A stretch of 36,274 nucleotides of DNA. Source: Candidatus Zixiibacteriota bacterium. Lineage in GTDB: Bacteria > Zixibacteria > MSB-5A5 > GN15 > JAAZOE01. The DNA lies in assembly GCA_043819555.1 (NCBI GenBank), contig JBDREQ010000070.1, positions 1-36,274 on the forward strand. Direction: 5' to 3'. Below, in pieces: positions 19,891-29,406 of the stretch. A program made the translations under genes and the position numbers. The notes under the pieces were generated by a model. The model did not search any database and was not told the origin of the DNA. It worked only from the letters and a program-made list of their open reading frames with translations. The number at the start of each line of letters is the position of its first letter. The stretch's first letter is position 1.

Positions 19891-21786
19891 GTGGCTAATG
19901 CATATCAGGACATGACGCGCGAAATCAACATTAAGCTTGAAGCCGAAAAAGCTTCACAGAGTATTCAGCTTAATGTTGACGGAGATTGGGCAAAAACGAT
20001 TACCAACTTGATGGCTCTGGCAAAGAAGGCAAACAAAGATTTTGAATATGACCGGGCCATCAGTTATTTATGCACGCTTGAAGAAATATGGGATTCCAAA
20101 GGACTTCCGGAATTTTCAATTGAACTCCGTTTTGAGTTGCATCAGGAAAAAGGTAAAGCCTTTTCCGCCCAGGGCAAATATGATGAAGCCATCAGTGAAT
20201 TCCAGAAAATATTAAAATACTGCCGTGATGCCAATCGATTGAATATCAAGGCGGAAACATTTACTCAAATTGGACAATTGATGGCCAAACAGGGAGATTT
20301 TGATCGTGCCCTGGGATATGTTCAGCGGGCAATTGGGTCTAACCGAAGATTAAAAAATGATCGAGGCACCTGCAAGGCTCTTCGAAATTTGGGAGTAGTT
20401 TATCTTGAATTAGGCGAATTTGAGGAGGCCGAAATCAATTATGGCCAGGCCATTGAGCTGGCCGAAAAAATTGGCGATGAAATTCTCTATGCCGACCTGG
20501 TCAATAATCTCGGCGCCATTATGAATATGAAAGGTAATCGCGATAAAGCGCTGGAATTATATTCGGAATCACTGAAAATCTATGAGGCCAATAACCAGGT
20601 TCGCAAAAGCGCCTACACCAAAAACAATATCGCCATCGCGTTCCTTGAGCAAGGCAAAGAGGACGACGCTTTTGAATATTTTAAAGAAGCAAACGATATT
20701 GCCCAGAGCATTAACGATGCCTCTCTGACCCTGATAGTCAATATCAATCTGGCAGACCTGTTTCTAAAGAAAGGCGATCTGACCAACGCCAAAATTCATT
20801 GCCAGAATGCCGACGCCTATTTGCAGGAGACCGGGCTTATTAACAGCCATCTGGTTGAAGTGAAGAAAATCGCCGGCAAGATCGCTTTTCTCGAAGAAGA
20901 ATATGAAATATCGAAACAGTTTTTTGAAAGCGCTCTTGAAATCAGCCGCGAAATGGGAACCCGATTTCTTGAGGCGGAAGTATTGCTTGAACGCGGAAAA
21001 TTACTCCGCGTTTTGCAAAATCATTTCGAAGCCCTCAATGATCTGGAATCTTCCTACCAGATTTACGCCAGCATAAAAGCCGAGGGGAAGCGGGAACAAA
21101 CCGAGCAGGTTATCAATTCAATCGAGATATTATATCTCGAAATCTTTGATTCAATGGCGAAAGACGTCGATCTTAAAGACAAATACACCAAAGGCCATTC
21201 CGATCGGGTAGCATCTCTGGCTCTCCTTTTGGCCCGCGAATTAGGTCTTCCGACCAGTATGCTGAAAACTATCGCGGCTGCCGCGCTTTTGCATGATATT
21301 GGAAAAATAAACATTAAAGATGAAGTTCTAAAGAAGGCTGGGAAACTTACAAAGGCTGAATATTTACATATCATGAAACACTCCGAATTGGGCGTTGAAC
21401 TTCTCCGGGCCAAAGAACTGCCGTGGGACGTTAAGCCCCTTATTTTACACCATCATGAAAAAATAGATGGTTCCGGTTATCCATTGGGCCTTAAGGGCGA
21501 GGACATTCCTCTGGGTGCCAAGATTATTTGTGTCGCCGATGTATTTGACGCTCTTACCTCCGATCGAGTTTATCGTAAGGCTAATAAGGTGCAAACAGCG
21601 CTTGAGATCATGAATAAGGAAGCAGCCACAACTTTCGATCCGGTTATTCTCAAATGCTTTGAAACCTTGATTATAGAAGGGAAGGCCGATCTGGTGATAA
21701 ATTCGCGTACCCGTGATGACGAGATGTATAGTATTTGGTCTCAATGCATGGCTGAGGTTTCTCAAGAAGCGCCGCAATTGAATTAG
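19891..21786 (+). CDS. TPR-repeat protein with C-terminal HD-GYP cyclic-dinucleotide phosphodiesterase domain
   Basis: Multiple TPRs; 'YTKGHSDRVA', 'LLHDIGK', 'HHHEKIDGSGYPLGL', 'DVFDALTSDRVYR'. Confidence 0.92.
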   Translation: MANAYQDMTREINIKLEAEKASQSIQLNVDGDWAKTITNLMALAKKANKDFEYDRAISYLCTLEEIWDSKGLPEFSIELRFELHQEKGKAFSAQGKYDEAISEFQKILKYCRDANRLNIKAETFTQIGQLMAKQGDFDRALGYVQRAIGSNRRLKNDRGTCKALRNLGVVYLELGEFEEAEINYGQAIELAEKIGDEILYADLVNNLGAIMNMKGNRDKALELYSESLKIYEANNQVRKSAYTKNNIAIAFLEQGKEDDAFEYFKEANDIAQSINDASLTLIVNINLADLFLKKGDLTNAKIHCQNADAYLQETGLINSHLVEVKKIAGKIAFLEEEYEISKQFFESALEISREMGTRFLEAEVLLERGKLLRVLQNHFEALNDLESSYQIYASIKAEGKREQTEQVINSIEILYLEIFDSMAKDVDLKDKYTKGHSDRVASLALLLARELGLPTSMLKTIAAAALLHDIGKINIKDEVLKKAGKLTKAEYLHIMKHSELGVELLRAKELPWDVKPLILHHHEKIDGSGYPLGLKGEDIPLGAKIICVADVFDALTSDRVYRKANKVQTALEIMNKEAATTFDPVILKCFETLIIEGKADLVINSRTRDDEMYSIWSQCMAEVSQEAPQLN

Positions 21787-22128
21787 CCAATTCCTATATT
21801 CGTTCCGTGTCATCCAGGAAATTTATTTTGAGTTTAAAAACCAGGCGGCAGCTCTCAAACAGGAACTAATTCATACCTGATTGTATTAACCCAAATCAGA
21901 TCGGAATCGGAGATTTTTGCCATTGAACCTAAAAGGAGTTTTATTGAATTTTAGGCAATATCTATAAATAATTTGGAATTCGTTCGGGATTTTCGTAAAT
22001 TCCGGAAGTAAAAAAATGATTGTCTTAATACTAAACGATACTTAAGGCTTTCATATATCGTAAGAATGATAGTTGAGGAGGCGTGTGCCCAATAAAGTTA
22101 TCATCTAATTGACAATAGATTTTGAATA

Positions 22129-22215
22129 TCTCCGAATCCCGTTGCGCCCATGCGGTCAGCGGGGACTCTACGGTTGGGAGAGCAATCGCCCAGCCTGCCC
22201 GAATGGCAAAGGAGA
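22129..22215 (+). ncRNA. Moco RNA motif riboswitch, P3-less (Tuco-type) variant
   Basis: P1 TCTCC/GGAGA; P2 TCCCGTTG..CAGCGGGGA; CTACGG junction; a single GCAA-capped stem; P5 TGCC-CGAAT-GGCA followed by AAGGAG; lies directly upstream of Moco genes. Confidence 0.85.
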
Positions 22216-22225
22216 AGGATTTTTT

Positions 22226-22255
22226 ATCCATAGCCATCGGGCTATGGATTTTTTT
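22226..22255 (+). terminator. Intrinsic terminator (riboswitch expression platform)
   Basis: ATCCATAGCC-atcg-GGCTATGGAT 10-bp perfect stem followed by a T tract, 3 nt before the mobA ATG. Confidence 0.85.
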
Positions 22256-22258
22256 ATT

Positions 22259-22816
22259 ATGACACGATTCGCTTACATACTTGCCGGTGGTTCCAGTTCC
22301 CGAATGGGGATAAACAAACTGAGTCTAAAATGGAAAGGCCAATCGCTTCTGGAACGCATAATTGAAACCTGTGCTTCCGAATGCGATAAAATTAGACTGG
22401 TTGGCAACATTATTCTAATTAAAGAAATTAGGGGTTTCAAGGTATTGCCAGACTTCCCGCTTGCTCGAGGACCAATGGCAGGTGTCCTCTCGGCTCTTGA
22501 AGATTGTCCCGAAGATATTTGTTTCATAACGGCCGCGGATTTAATTGATGTAACTTCCCAAAATATCGCCGATTTATTCAAACGCTACGCGGGGGAACAA
22601 TTCCTTGGATATTGTGAAGATGGCGGCCCCCAGCCGTTATGCGGCATTTACCATAAGTCAGCATCAGAGATTATGCTTGCGATGGCAGAACAGAGCAATT
22701 TCAAAATGCAGGATGTGGTCGTAAGACTGGATGCGCGGCTTCTTCCGTTAACGAATAAGAAATGGCGAAATATTAATACTCCTCGTGATGCAACTTCATC
22801 GGGAGTCGAGTTATGA
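22259..22816 (+). CDS. mobA: Molybdenum cofactor guanylyltransferase
   Basis: 'ILAGGSSSRMGINK', 'GPMAGV', 'QPLCGIY', 'NINTP'. Confidence 0.9.
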   Translation: MTRFAYILAGGSSSRMGINKLSLKWKGQSLLERIIETCASECDKIRLVGNIILIKEIRGFKVLPDFPLARGPMAGVLSALEDCPEDICFITAADLIDVTSQNIADLFKRYAGEQFLGYCEDGGPQPLCGIYHKSASEIMLAMAEQSNFKMQDVVVRLDARLLPLTNKKWRNINTPRDATSSGVEL

Positions 22817-23322
22817 TTGAATTAGGAATTATCGGCGCTCGGAATTCCGGTAAAACTACTTTGATTGAAAAGCTGGCGTCCATTCTGAGCAGTCGCGGAC
22901 TGAGAGTAGCAACGGTAAAGCATACTTTTCATTCGCATTCTTTTGATACCGAGGGCAAAGATACTTTTCGGCATCGGCAGGCGGGGGCACGTTTTACGGT
23001 CGGAATCAGCAGCGCCGATATGGCTCTTTTCGCTTCGCCCAATGACGAAAATAGAGAAAAATTTTTTGAATTTCTTATGAACAATTGCGACGTTTGTCTT
23101 GTTGAAGGTAATAAAGGAGCAAAGAGGTCCACGATACTTTTGACACGCAAAATTGATGACCTGGGCGAGATAAGTCCCGACCATATTATTGCCGTTTACG
23201 GTCCGGTTAATAATAATATGGAGAGGGATTATTTCCCCCTTGATAAGACTGATGAACTGGCTGATTTTGTGATTGGCCATTTTGGCTTGCAGCCCAAGGA
23301 TGATGATCATGAACGCAATTAA
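22813..23322 (+). CDS. mobB: Molybdopterin-guanine dinucleotide biosynthesis protein B
   Basis: 'GARNSGKTTLIEKL', 'VATVKH', 'DTEGKDTFRHRQAGA', 'LVEG'. Confidence 0.92.
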   Translation: MIELGIIGARNSGKTTLIEKLASILSSRGLRVATVKHTFHSHSFDTEGKDTFRHRQAGARFTVGISSADMALFASPNDENREKFFEFLMNNCDVCLVEGNKGAKRSTILLTRKIDDLGEISPDHIIAVYGPVNNNMERDYFPLDKTDELADFVIGHFGLQPKDDDHERN

Positions 23323-24256
23323 AATGCCAAAATATCTCCGAATGTCGTTATTATCTCAGTGCAATCTGAACTGTTTCTATTGCCGCCCGCCGGGAACAAT
23401 TAATCCCAAAATGCCTCAAACTCCTCCCCCGAAGTTTTTTAATGCCATTCGCGCATTACATCAAATTGGGGTTCGCAAGGTTCGATTCACCGGCGGCGAG
23501 CCAACCCTTTATAAGAATCTCCCCCGGTTAATCGAGAAAACCAAAGAATTTGATTCAAATATATTTACGGCCATGACCACTAACGGTCTTCTACTTGAAA
23601 AATTCGCATCTAAGTACTGCGAAAGTGGACTCGATAGCGTCAATGTCAGCCTGGATACTCTTTATGCTGACAAATTCAAATCTATAACATCGGTTAACGG
23701 CCTTGCCAAAGTAATCAGGGGTATCGAAATCGCCCGAAAATCAATTTCGGAGGTCAAAATTAATTGTGTTCTCATTGACGGCGTCAATGATGACGAATCC
23801 GATGACATGATTGAATTCGCGAATGCGATGAGCGTCGATATTAGATTTATTGAGTACATGCCAACGAGGCATAACAGTAAAAGGAAGAGAGGGTATCTGG
23901 CCAATGAAGAGTTGAGGGAAAAATCAAAATTTGATTTTTTCCCGTTGCCGATTAAAGGTTCGGCGGCGGCGCGGTACTTCGGCTCGCCGGATTTGGATAT
24001 TCGGGTTGGTTTTATCAGCCCGGTTAGCCATCCTTTTTGCGCCTCATGCGACCGAATTAGATTGACGGCCGATGGAATGATTTATGGCTGCCTGTTTTCT
24101 TCACAGGGATTTAATTTGTTTGAAATGCTGGAAGATAAATCAGGCGATTTGCAAAATAAAATGACGCAGCTGTTGGCTTTAAAAGATCTTCGAGGTTGCA
24201 TTGCCACAATGAATAATTTCGATAGCCTGCCTTCCTTTTATCAGGTCGGGGGATGA
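23309..24256 (+). CDS. moaA: GTP 3',8-cyclase (radical SAM)
   Basis: CNLNCFYC; 'RFTGGEP'; C-terminal 'FCASCDRIRLTADG..CLF'; ends in GG. Confidence 0.95.
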   Translation: MNAIKMPKYLRMSLLSQCNLNCFYCRPPGTINPKMPQTPPPKFFNAIRALHQIGVRKVRFTGGEPTLYKNLPRLIEKTKEFDSNIFTAMTTNGLLLEKFASKYCESGLDSVNVSLDTLYADKFKSITSVNGLAKVIRGIEIARKSISEVKINCVLIDGVNDDESDDMIEFANAMSVDIRFIEYMPTRHNSKRKRGYLANEELREKSKFDFFPLPIKGSAAARYFGSPDLDIRVGFISPVSHPFCASCDRIRLTADGMIYGCLFSSQGFNLFEMLEDKSGDLQNKMTQLLALKDLRGCIATMNNFDSLPSFYQVGG

Positions 24257-24257
24257 T

Positions 24258-24740
24258 ATGAACAAACCGACTCATTTTGATTCAGAAGGCAAGGCCCGCA
24301 TGGTAAACGTATCTGATAAGGAGATTACAAATCGTCAGGCCAGGGCAACAATTTCCATTAAATTAAATAAAACGAGTTTTGAAATCGCGCGTGAAAATCG
24401 CAGCGCCAAGGGTGATGTTTTGACGGTAGCGAAGTTAGCTGGAATTCAGGCGGCAAAGAGAACTTCGGATTTAATCCCGCTCTGCCATCAACTGCCGTTA
24501 AATCATGTTGATATTGAATTTGAATTAGACTCATCCCAAAATGTGATAAAAATTATTTCGACCGTCAATTGCTCATCGCGTACCGGAGTGGAGATGGAAG
24601 CGTTAACGGCCTGCTCCGTAGCGGCTCTAACGGTTTATGATATGCTTAAGGCGGTACAAAAGGATATTGTAATTTCAGATTTGATGCTGCTTGCGAAAAA
24701 AGGAGGCAAGTCAGGTGACTTCGTCCGGGAAAATACATAG
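24258..24740 (+). CDS. moaC: Cyclic pyranopterin monophosphate synthase
   Basis: 'THFDSEGKARMVNV', 'LIPLCH', 'TGVEMEAL', 'KKGGKSG'. Confidence 0.97.
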   Translation: MNKPTHFDSEGKARMVNVSDKEITNRQARATISIKLNKTSFEIARENRSAKGDVLTVAKLAGIQAAKRTSDLIPLCHQLPLNHVDIEFELDSSQNVIKIISTVNCSSRTGVEMEALTACSVAALTVYDMLKAVQKDIVISDLMLLAKKGGKSGDFVRENT

Positions 24741-25152
24741 AATTTCGATTTCCAAAAACAAAGGGGAAAAAAAGAAAAACGTCGATTCGGTGAATCTTGT
24801 TATTGACCGGGGCATTGAAGGCGACGCTCATTTTGGCAGCCAAAGGCAAGTATCGCTGTTACCGCTGGAATCATTCATTAAAGTCAAGCATGAATTATTG
24901 AATGTACAGCCGGGAGATTTTGCCGAAAATATCACCACAACCGGCATAGATTTGTCGCGGATTCAAATAGGCGATACAATTATCATTGGCGAAAACGTAA
25001 AGCTTACAATCATGCAAATCGGCAAAAAATGTCATAACGGTTGCCAGATCAAAAAACTGGTCGGCGACTGCATCATGCCTCGCGAAGGCGTTTTTGTCCG
25101 CGTTGTTAAAGGCGGAAAAATATCCGTCGGTGATACGATTGCACTCCAATAA
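24715..25152 (+). CDS. MOSC-domain protein
   Basis: 'GIEGDAH', 'RQVSLL', 'PGDFAENITT', 'QIGKKCH..C......GDCIMPREGVF'; GTG start after AGGAGG. Confidence 0.9.
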   Translation: MTSSGKIHRISISKNKGEKKKNVDSVNLVIDRGIEGDAHFGSQRQVSLLPLESFIKVKHELLNVQPGDFAENITTTGIDLSRIQIGDTIIIGENVKLTIMQIGKKCHNGCQIKKLVGDCIMPREGVFVRVVKGGKISVGDTIALQ

Positions 25153-25153
25153 T

Positions 25154-25660
25154 ATGAAATTCTCAGTCGGTATCATAATCGTATCGGATAGAGCCTCAAC
25201 GGGCGAACGTGAAGATGGCTGTATCCCGGTATTCAAATCATCTTTCAAAAATTCTGAATATTTTATAGAATGTACCGATATCGTTCCCGATAACGATGAG
25301 AAATTGACCGCCGCCCTCAATAAAATGATCGCCTCCAACATTTCCTTGATTTTTACGTCGGGAGGGACGGGGTGCGCCTCGCGAGATATCACACCCGAAG
25401 CCACGAGTAGAATCATTGAAAAGCCAACCCCGGGAGTTGACCAGGCGATCCGGACATTCAGCGCCAGGTATTCTCCCAATGCTTATTTTTCTCGTGCTAT
25501 TTCGGGAATCACCAAGAATTCATTTATAATTAATTTACCCGGTTCACCCAAGGCGGTCAGTGAAATACTGGATTTTTTGCTCCCAATAATCGCTCATCCC
25601 CTCAAACTAATCGCCGGACAATTGAAAGATTGCCAGGAGGATTTAAGGCAGAATGATTGA
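25154..25660 (+). CDS. MogA/MoaB-family molybdopterin adenylyltransferase
   Basis: 'VSDRASTGERED', 'TSGGTG...RDITPEAT', 'INLPGSPKAV'. Confidence 0.92.
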   Translation: MKFSVGIIIVSDRASTGEREDGCIPVFKSSFKNSEYFIECTDIVPDNDEKLTAALNKMIASNISLIFTSGGTGCASRDITPEATSRIIEKPTPGVDQAIRTFSARYSPNAYFSRAISGITKNSFIINLPGSPKAVSEILDFLLPIIAHPLKLIAGQLKDCQEDLRQND

Positions 25661-26864
25661 ATTCAAAGAAGCTTCTTCCCTGATCTTTGATGCCGCCAAA
25701 TCACTCGGCGAAATTACAAAGCCGATTGAACAAGCCGTCTCGTATGTTCTGTCTCGAGATATTATATCGCCCTTATCAATTTCTCCATTCAGGAATTCGG
25801 CAATGGACGGATTCGCCGTAAAAGCGGAATGGCTAAAGGATTGCTCCTCTGAACATCCGGTGAAATTGCCGATTGATGCGACCGTTTTTGCCGGCGATTC
25901 CGGTATTGCAAAAACGTTAGATGGCCGACCGATTAAAATTATGACCGGGGCGCCGGTACCGGATCTGTTTGATACGGTTGTTAAATTTGAAGATACATCT
26001 CATGATGACTCTTTTGTCGTATTCACGAAATCCATATATGAAGGAACTAATGTCAGACCGGCCGGTGAGGATGTGCATAAGGATCAACTTGTCTTCAAGC
26101 GCGGTCATGTCGTCTGTTCACTTGATATCGGTATCCTGGCCGGAATAGGATTAAAAGAAGTTTTAGTATTCAAAAAACCTTCCGTCCTCGTTTTTTCCAA
26201 CGGGAATGAACTGGTTTCTCCGGGGAACGACCTGAAATTCGGCCAAATTTACGACAGCAATAAATACACAGTATCATCTTTAATAAAACCCTTTGTCGAA
26301 CGGATTGAAATCGGCCCGACAGTCATCGATGATTCTGAAAAACTTGAGCAAGCTCTTGCGGCTGATTTTGATGTCATTATTACCAGCGGCGGTGTATCAG
26401 CCGGCGAAAAGGATTTGGTAATTGGAGCGGCTAAGAAAATCGGATTCGAACAGGTTTTTCATAAGGCGAGAATTAAACCGGGGAAACCAGTCTTTTTTGC
26501 ACAAAAAGGTCAAAGGATATTATTCGGATTGCCTGGGAACCCGCTGTCAACCGCGGTAACCTGCGCGGTATTTATCATCCCAACTTTGAAAAAAATAATT
26601 GGCAGGGAAGATTATGAGCTTTGCTTTGAAAATGCGGTTATGGATCCCGACCAAGTCAGGCAAGGCGGAAGGCTTCTGATATGGCCGGGAAATTTCCAGA
26701 AGACTCAGAACGGTATAAAGGCTGAATATTCGGAAAAGAAGTCATCGGCGGCCCTGTCGTCCTTATTAAACTCGGACGGTTTGATTTTTAGCGATTTCTC
26801 CGGAGATAAACAGGCGACACCGCCCCAGATACAGGTAATTTCCTGGAATCAGCTTCTCACTTAA
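25653..26864 (+). CDS. moeA: Molybdopterin molybdotransferase
   Basis: 'PFRNSAMDGFAV', 'IMTGAPVP', 'GQIYDSN', 'TSGGVSAG', 'KPGKP', 'GLPGNP'. Confidence 0.96.
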   Translation: MIEFKEASSLIFDAAKSLGEITKPIEQAVSYVLSRDIISPLSISPFRNSAMDGFAVKAEWLKDCSSEHPVKLPIDATVFAGDSGIAKTLDGRPIKIMTGAPVPDLFDTVVKFEDTSHDDSFVVFTKSIYEGTNVRPAGEDVHKDQLVFKRGHVVCSLDIGILAGIGLKEVLVFKKPSVLVFSNGNELVSPGNDLKFGQIYDSNKYTVSSLIKPFVERIEIGPTVIDDSEKLEQALAADFDVIITSGGVSAGEKDLVIGAAKKIGFEQVFHKARIKPGKPVFFAQKGQRILFGLPGNPLSTAVTCAVFIIPTLKKIIGREDYELCFENAVMDPDQVRQGGRLLIWPGNFQKTQNGIKAEYSEKKSSAALSSLLNSDGLIFSDFSGDKQATPPQIQVISWNQLLT

Positions 26865-26931
26865 AAAAACTAGATGGACACTTGACGGGTTAACCTTAAA
26901 TAAAGGCGAGGAATGAATTTGAAAACATCAC

Positions 26932-29406
26932 TTATGTGACTGGTTCGCTTTTTCTATCCAGTTCTTTTCTAACAGCCGTAATAAGAATCTGCTTTGTTAG
27001 CGGTTTTTTGACAAAAGCCCCGATGCCAATCATTTTCGCCTCAGCAACCCGTTCTGATTCGGAAAAGCCGGACACAATGATTGCTTTTTGATCCTGCCTA
27101 GTTTCTCTAATACGATTAAATGTTTCGACTCCGTCAATTCCGGGAGGCATCATCATATCAAGCATAATCAAATCAAATGAATAGTCCCGAGCCAATTCGA
27201 TCGCCTGAGTTCCGTTTTCGGCGAGCATAACCTGATATCCCATTTTTCTCAGTAAGTGCGAAGTTACCTGTCGTTGGATTTCGTCATCATCAACAACCAG
27301 GATTTTTTCTGATCCTCCAACCACTTTGCCTTCTTCGTCTACTTCTTTAACATCTTGAACGACGGGAAAATACATATCGAATGTTGTCCCCTGCCCGATG
27401 GCTGAATGTAAATCAATAAACCCGCCGTGGTCTTTCACAACTGAATCGACGACACTTAATCCCAAGCCTGAACCTCTTTTTTGATCAGATGATTTCGATG
27501 TGACAAAGGGGTCAAATATATTATGAAAGTCATAATCGGGTATTCCGCAGCCGGTATCGGAAATTGAAATTTTGACAAATTCTCCCGGGGGGATGGTAGA
27601 GTATCCGCTAATGGGTCTATCGATACGACAATTTTCCGTTTTAATGTGAAGTCGGCCATTATCCTGCATGGCATCGCGGGCGTTGGTCAATAGATTCATT
27701 AAGACTCGATGAATCTGAGCTCCCCCTCCCATAATATTCATCAAGTTCACATCTAAATCGGTTTTAATGTTCAGCGCATCAGGTACCGAATCTAACTCCT
27801 TGATAGCCCGTTCAACCAATTGATTCGGGTAAAGCATTTCCTGATTATAGTGTCCGCGTCTTCCCAGCGTTAGAAGCTGCTGATTAATATCGGCAATTTT
27901 TCGAGAGGAATTTTCTATATCATCCAAAAAAACCAGCGCTGGATGATTTTCCGGCAACTCATCCCTGATAAATTCCGGATAAGCAACCAAAGGCGCCAGC
28001 AAATTATTGAAATCGTGGGCTACCTGACCCGCTATCTTTCCGGCGGTCTCAAGACGTTGAGCCCGGACTTCGAGATCCTTCAAGCGCCTGGTTTCGGTAA
28101 TATCCAGAATTGAACCAAAGGCTCCCACAAATTCATTGTTTTTATTTCTTCTTGGTGTAATGGAGACAAAGATATATTTTTTATTGCCGTCCCGTGTTGG
28201 CAACTCCAACTCATATTGAGAACTTTCTCCGGTTTTTCTTTTATTGTTTTCCATCGTGATAATATTCTTCTGGCTTTCATCAAAGTAGTCGAGAAGATTC
28301 TTTCCCAGCATGTCATTGATCGAATTTTCCTCAAATATACTTGCAAATGCCGGATTGGCAAATATGATTATTTCGTTTTCATCGACAATACCGATACCTT
28401 CCATTACGGAACCAAATAATTCCTGATAACGATGCTCCGATTCTATTAATGCCTCTTCTGCCCGCTTGCGCTCGGTGATATCTATCAAGATTCCATCCAT
28501 GCCCAGAAATTTACCTTTAGATGAAAAAAGTGGTATTTTCCGGTCCTCAACCCAAAGGACATGGCCCTCTTTATGTATAATTCTATAATTATCTACTATC
28601 GATCCATGTTTCTTATATATAAGGTTTTTCCCCTTTTCTAAAATAGCTTTCTTATCATCGGGATGCACTATACTAAGCCATTTCTCCTTCATGGAATTAA
28701 GCTCTTGCTTAGTGTATCCGCAGATTTCAACGCTTCCGCTTACTATACTGGCTGACCAATCTGAATTGGCGGTGTAAATCATGCCAGGCACATTATTGAT
28801 CAAATTTCTGTTTTTCTCTTCGCTCTCTCTAAGAGCGGCAGTTGCACCAGTGAACTCGCGAGTCGTCCAGCGAGCGACATATGCGGAGATAAGAATCGCC
28901 AGTAGAATCGTGACGACGCCAACTTTGGCGATACGCATAAGCAACGGCGCCATTTCCTCATCCATCTCATCTACAGAGAGACCAATATGAAGCACCGCAC
29001 TGGCATTGCCCACCTGCGTAAAGATATCTGTGAATTGCATGCCATTCTCATTTTGATAACGCCACTCTTCAGGAATTAGCGATGCCGGTCGGCCAAGCAA
29101 CCTAAGGGGGATACCATCCGGGAATGTGTAAATATAAGGCTGTCCTCCCTGTTCGATAAAAGCATACGCAACGCAGTCGTCGGCCTCGGTGATCAACTCG
29201 AGTAATCCCATCAAAGCCAGGCGATCATCCCAAAGAATCAAACGATCCACTTCAGTGACTCGGACGGCAACTTCCTGGAAATAATGCTTCTCCATAAGCT
29301 GACGATTGAAATGCAGTACATAGGCTCTATGCACCAACATAATCAAGGCGATCAGAAGAACGCTGAGAATCACACTTCGAATAAATATTTTTGTTTTCAG
29401 TTTCAC
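26932..29406 (-). CDS. Membrane hybrid sensor histidine kinase (2 TM, 2 PAS, HisKA, HATPase, REC)
   Basis: 'AGQVAHDFNNLL', 'NLLTNARDAM', 'DTGCGI', 'GSGLGLS', REC 'LVVDDD..LDMMMP..KP'. Confidence 0.95.
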   Translation of the reverse strand: MKLKTKIFIRSVILSVLLIALIMLVHRAYVLHFNRQLMEKHYFQEVAVRVTEVDRLILWDDRLALMGLLELITEADDCVAYAFIEQGGQPYIYTFPDGIPLRLLGRPASLIPEEWRYQNENGMQFTDIFTQVGNASAVLHIGLSVDEMDEEMAPLLMRIAKVGVVTILLAILISAYVARWTTREFTGATAALRESEEKNRNLINNVPGMIYTANSDWSASIVSGSVEICGYTKQELNSMKEKWLSIVHPDDKKAILEKGKNLIYKKHGSIVDNYRIIHKEGHVLWVEDRKIPLFSSKGKFLGMDGILIDITERKRAEEALIESEHRYQELFGSVMEGIGIVDENEIIIFANPAFASIFEENSINDMLGKNLLDYFDESQKNIITMENNKRKTGESSQYELELPTRDGNKKYIFVSITPRRNKNNEFVGAFGSILDITETRRLKDLEVRAQRLETAGKIAGQVAHDFNNLLAPLVAYPEFIRDELPENHPALVFLDDIENSSRKIADINQQLLTLGRRGHYNQEMLYPNQLVERAIKELDSVPDALNIKTDLDVNLMNIMGGGAQIHRVLMNLLTNARDAMQDNGRLHIKTENCRIDRPISGYSTIPPGEFVKISISDTGCGIPDYDFHNIFDPFVTSKSSDQKRGSGLGLSVVDSVVKDHGGFIDLHSAIGQGTTFDMYFPVVQDVKEVDEEGKVVGGSEKILVVDDDEIQRQVTSHLLRKMGYQVMLAENGTQAIELARDYSFDLIMLDMMMPPGIDGVETFNRIRETRQDQKAIIVSGFSESERVAEAKMIGIGAFVKKPLTKQILITAVRKELDRKSEPVT

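Noticed and set aside
22109..22258. N-terminal extension of mobA, and TTGACA at 22109 as the operon -35
   Set aside because: The extension is the riboswitch and terminator; a -10 paired with that TTGACA would fall inside the aptamer
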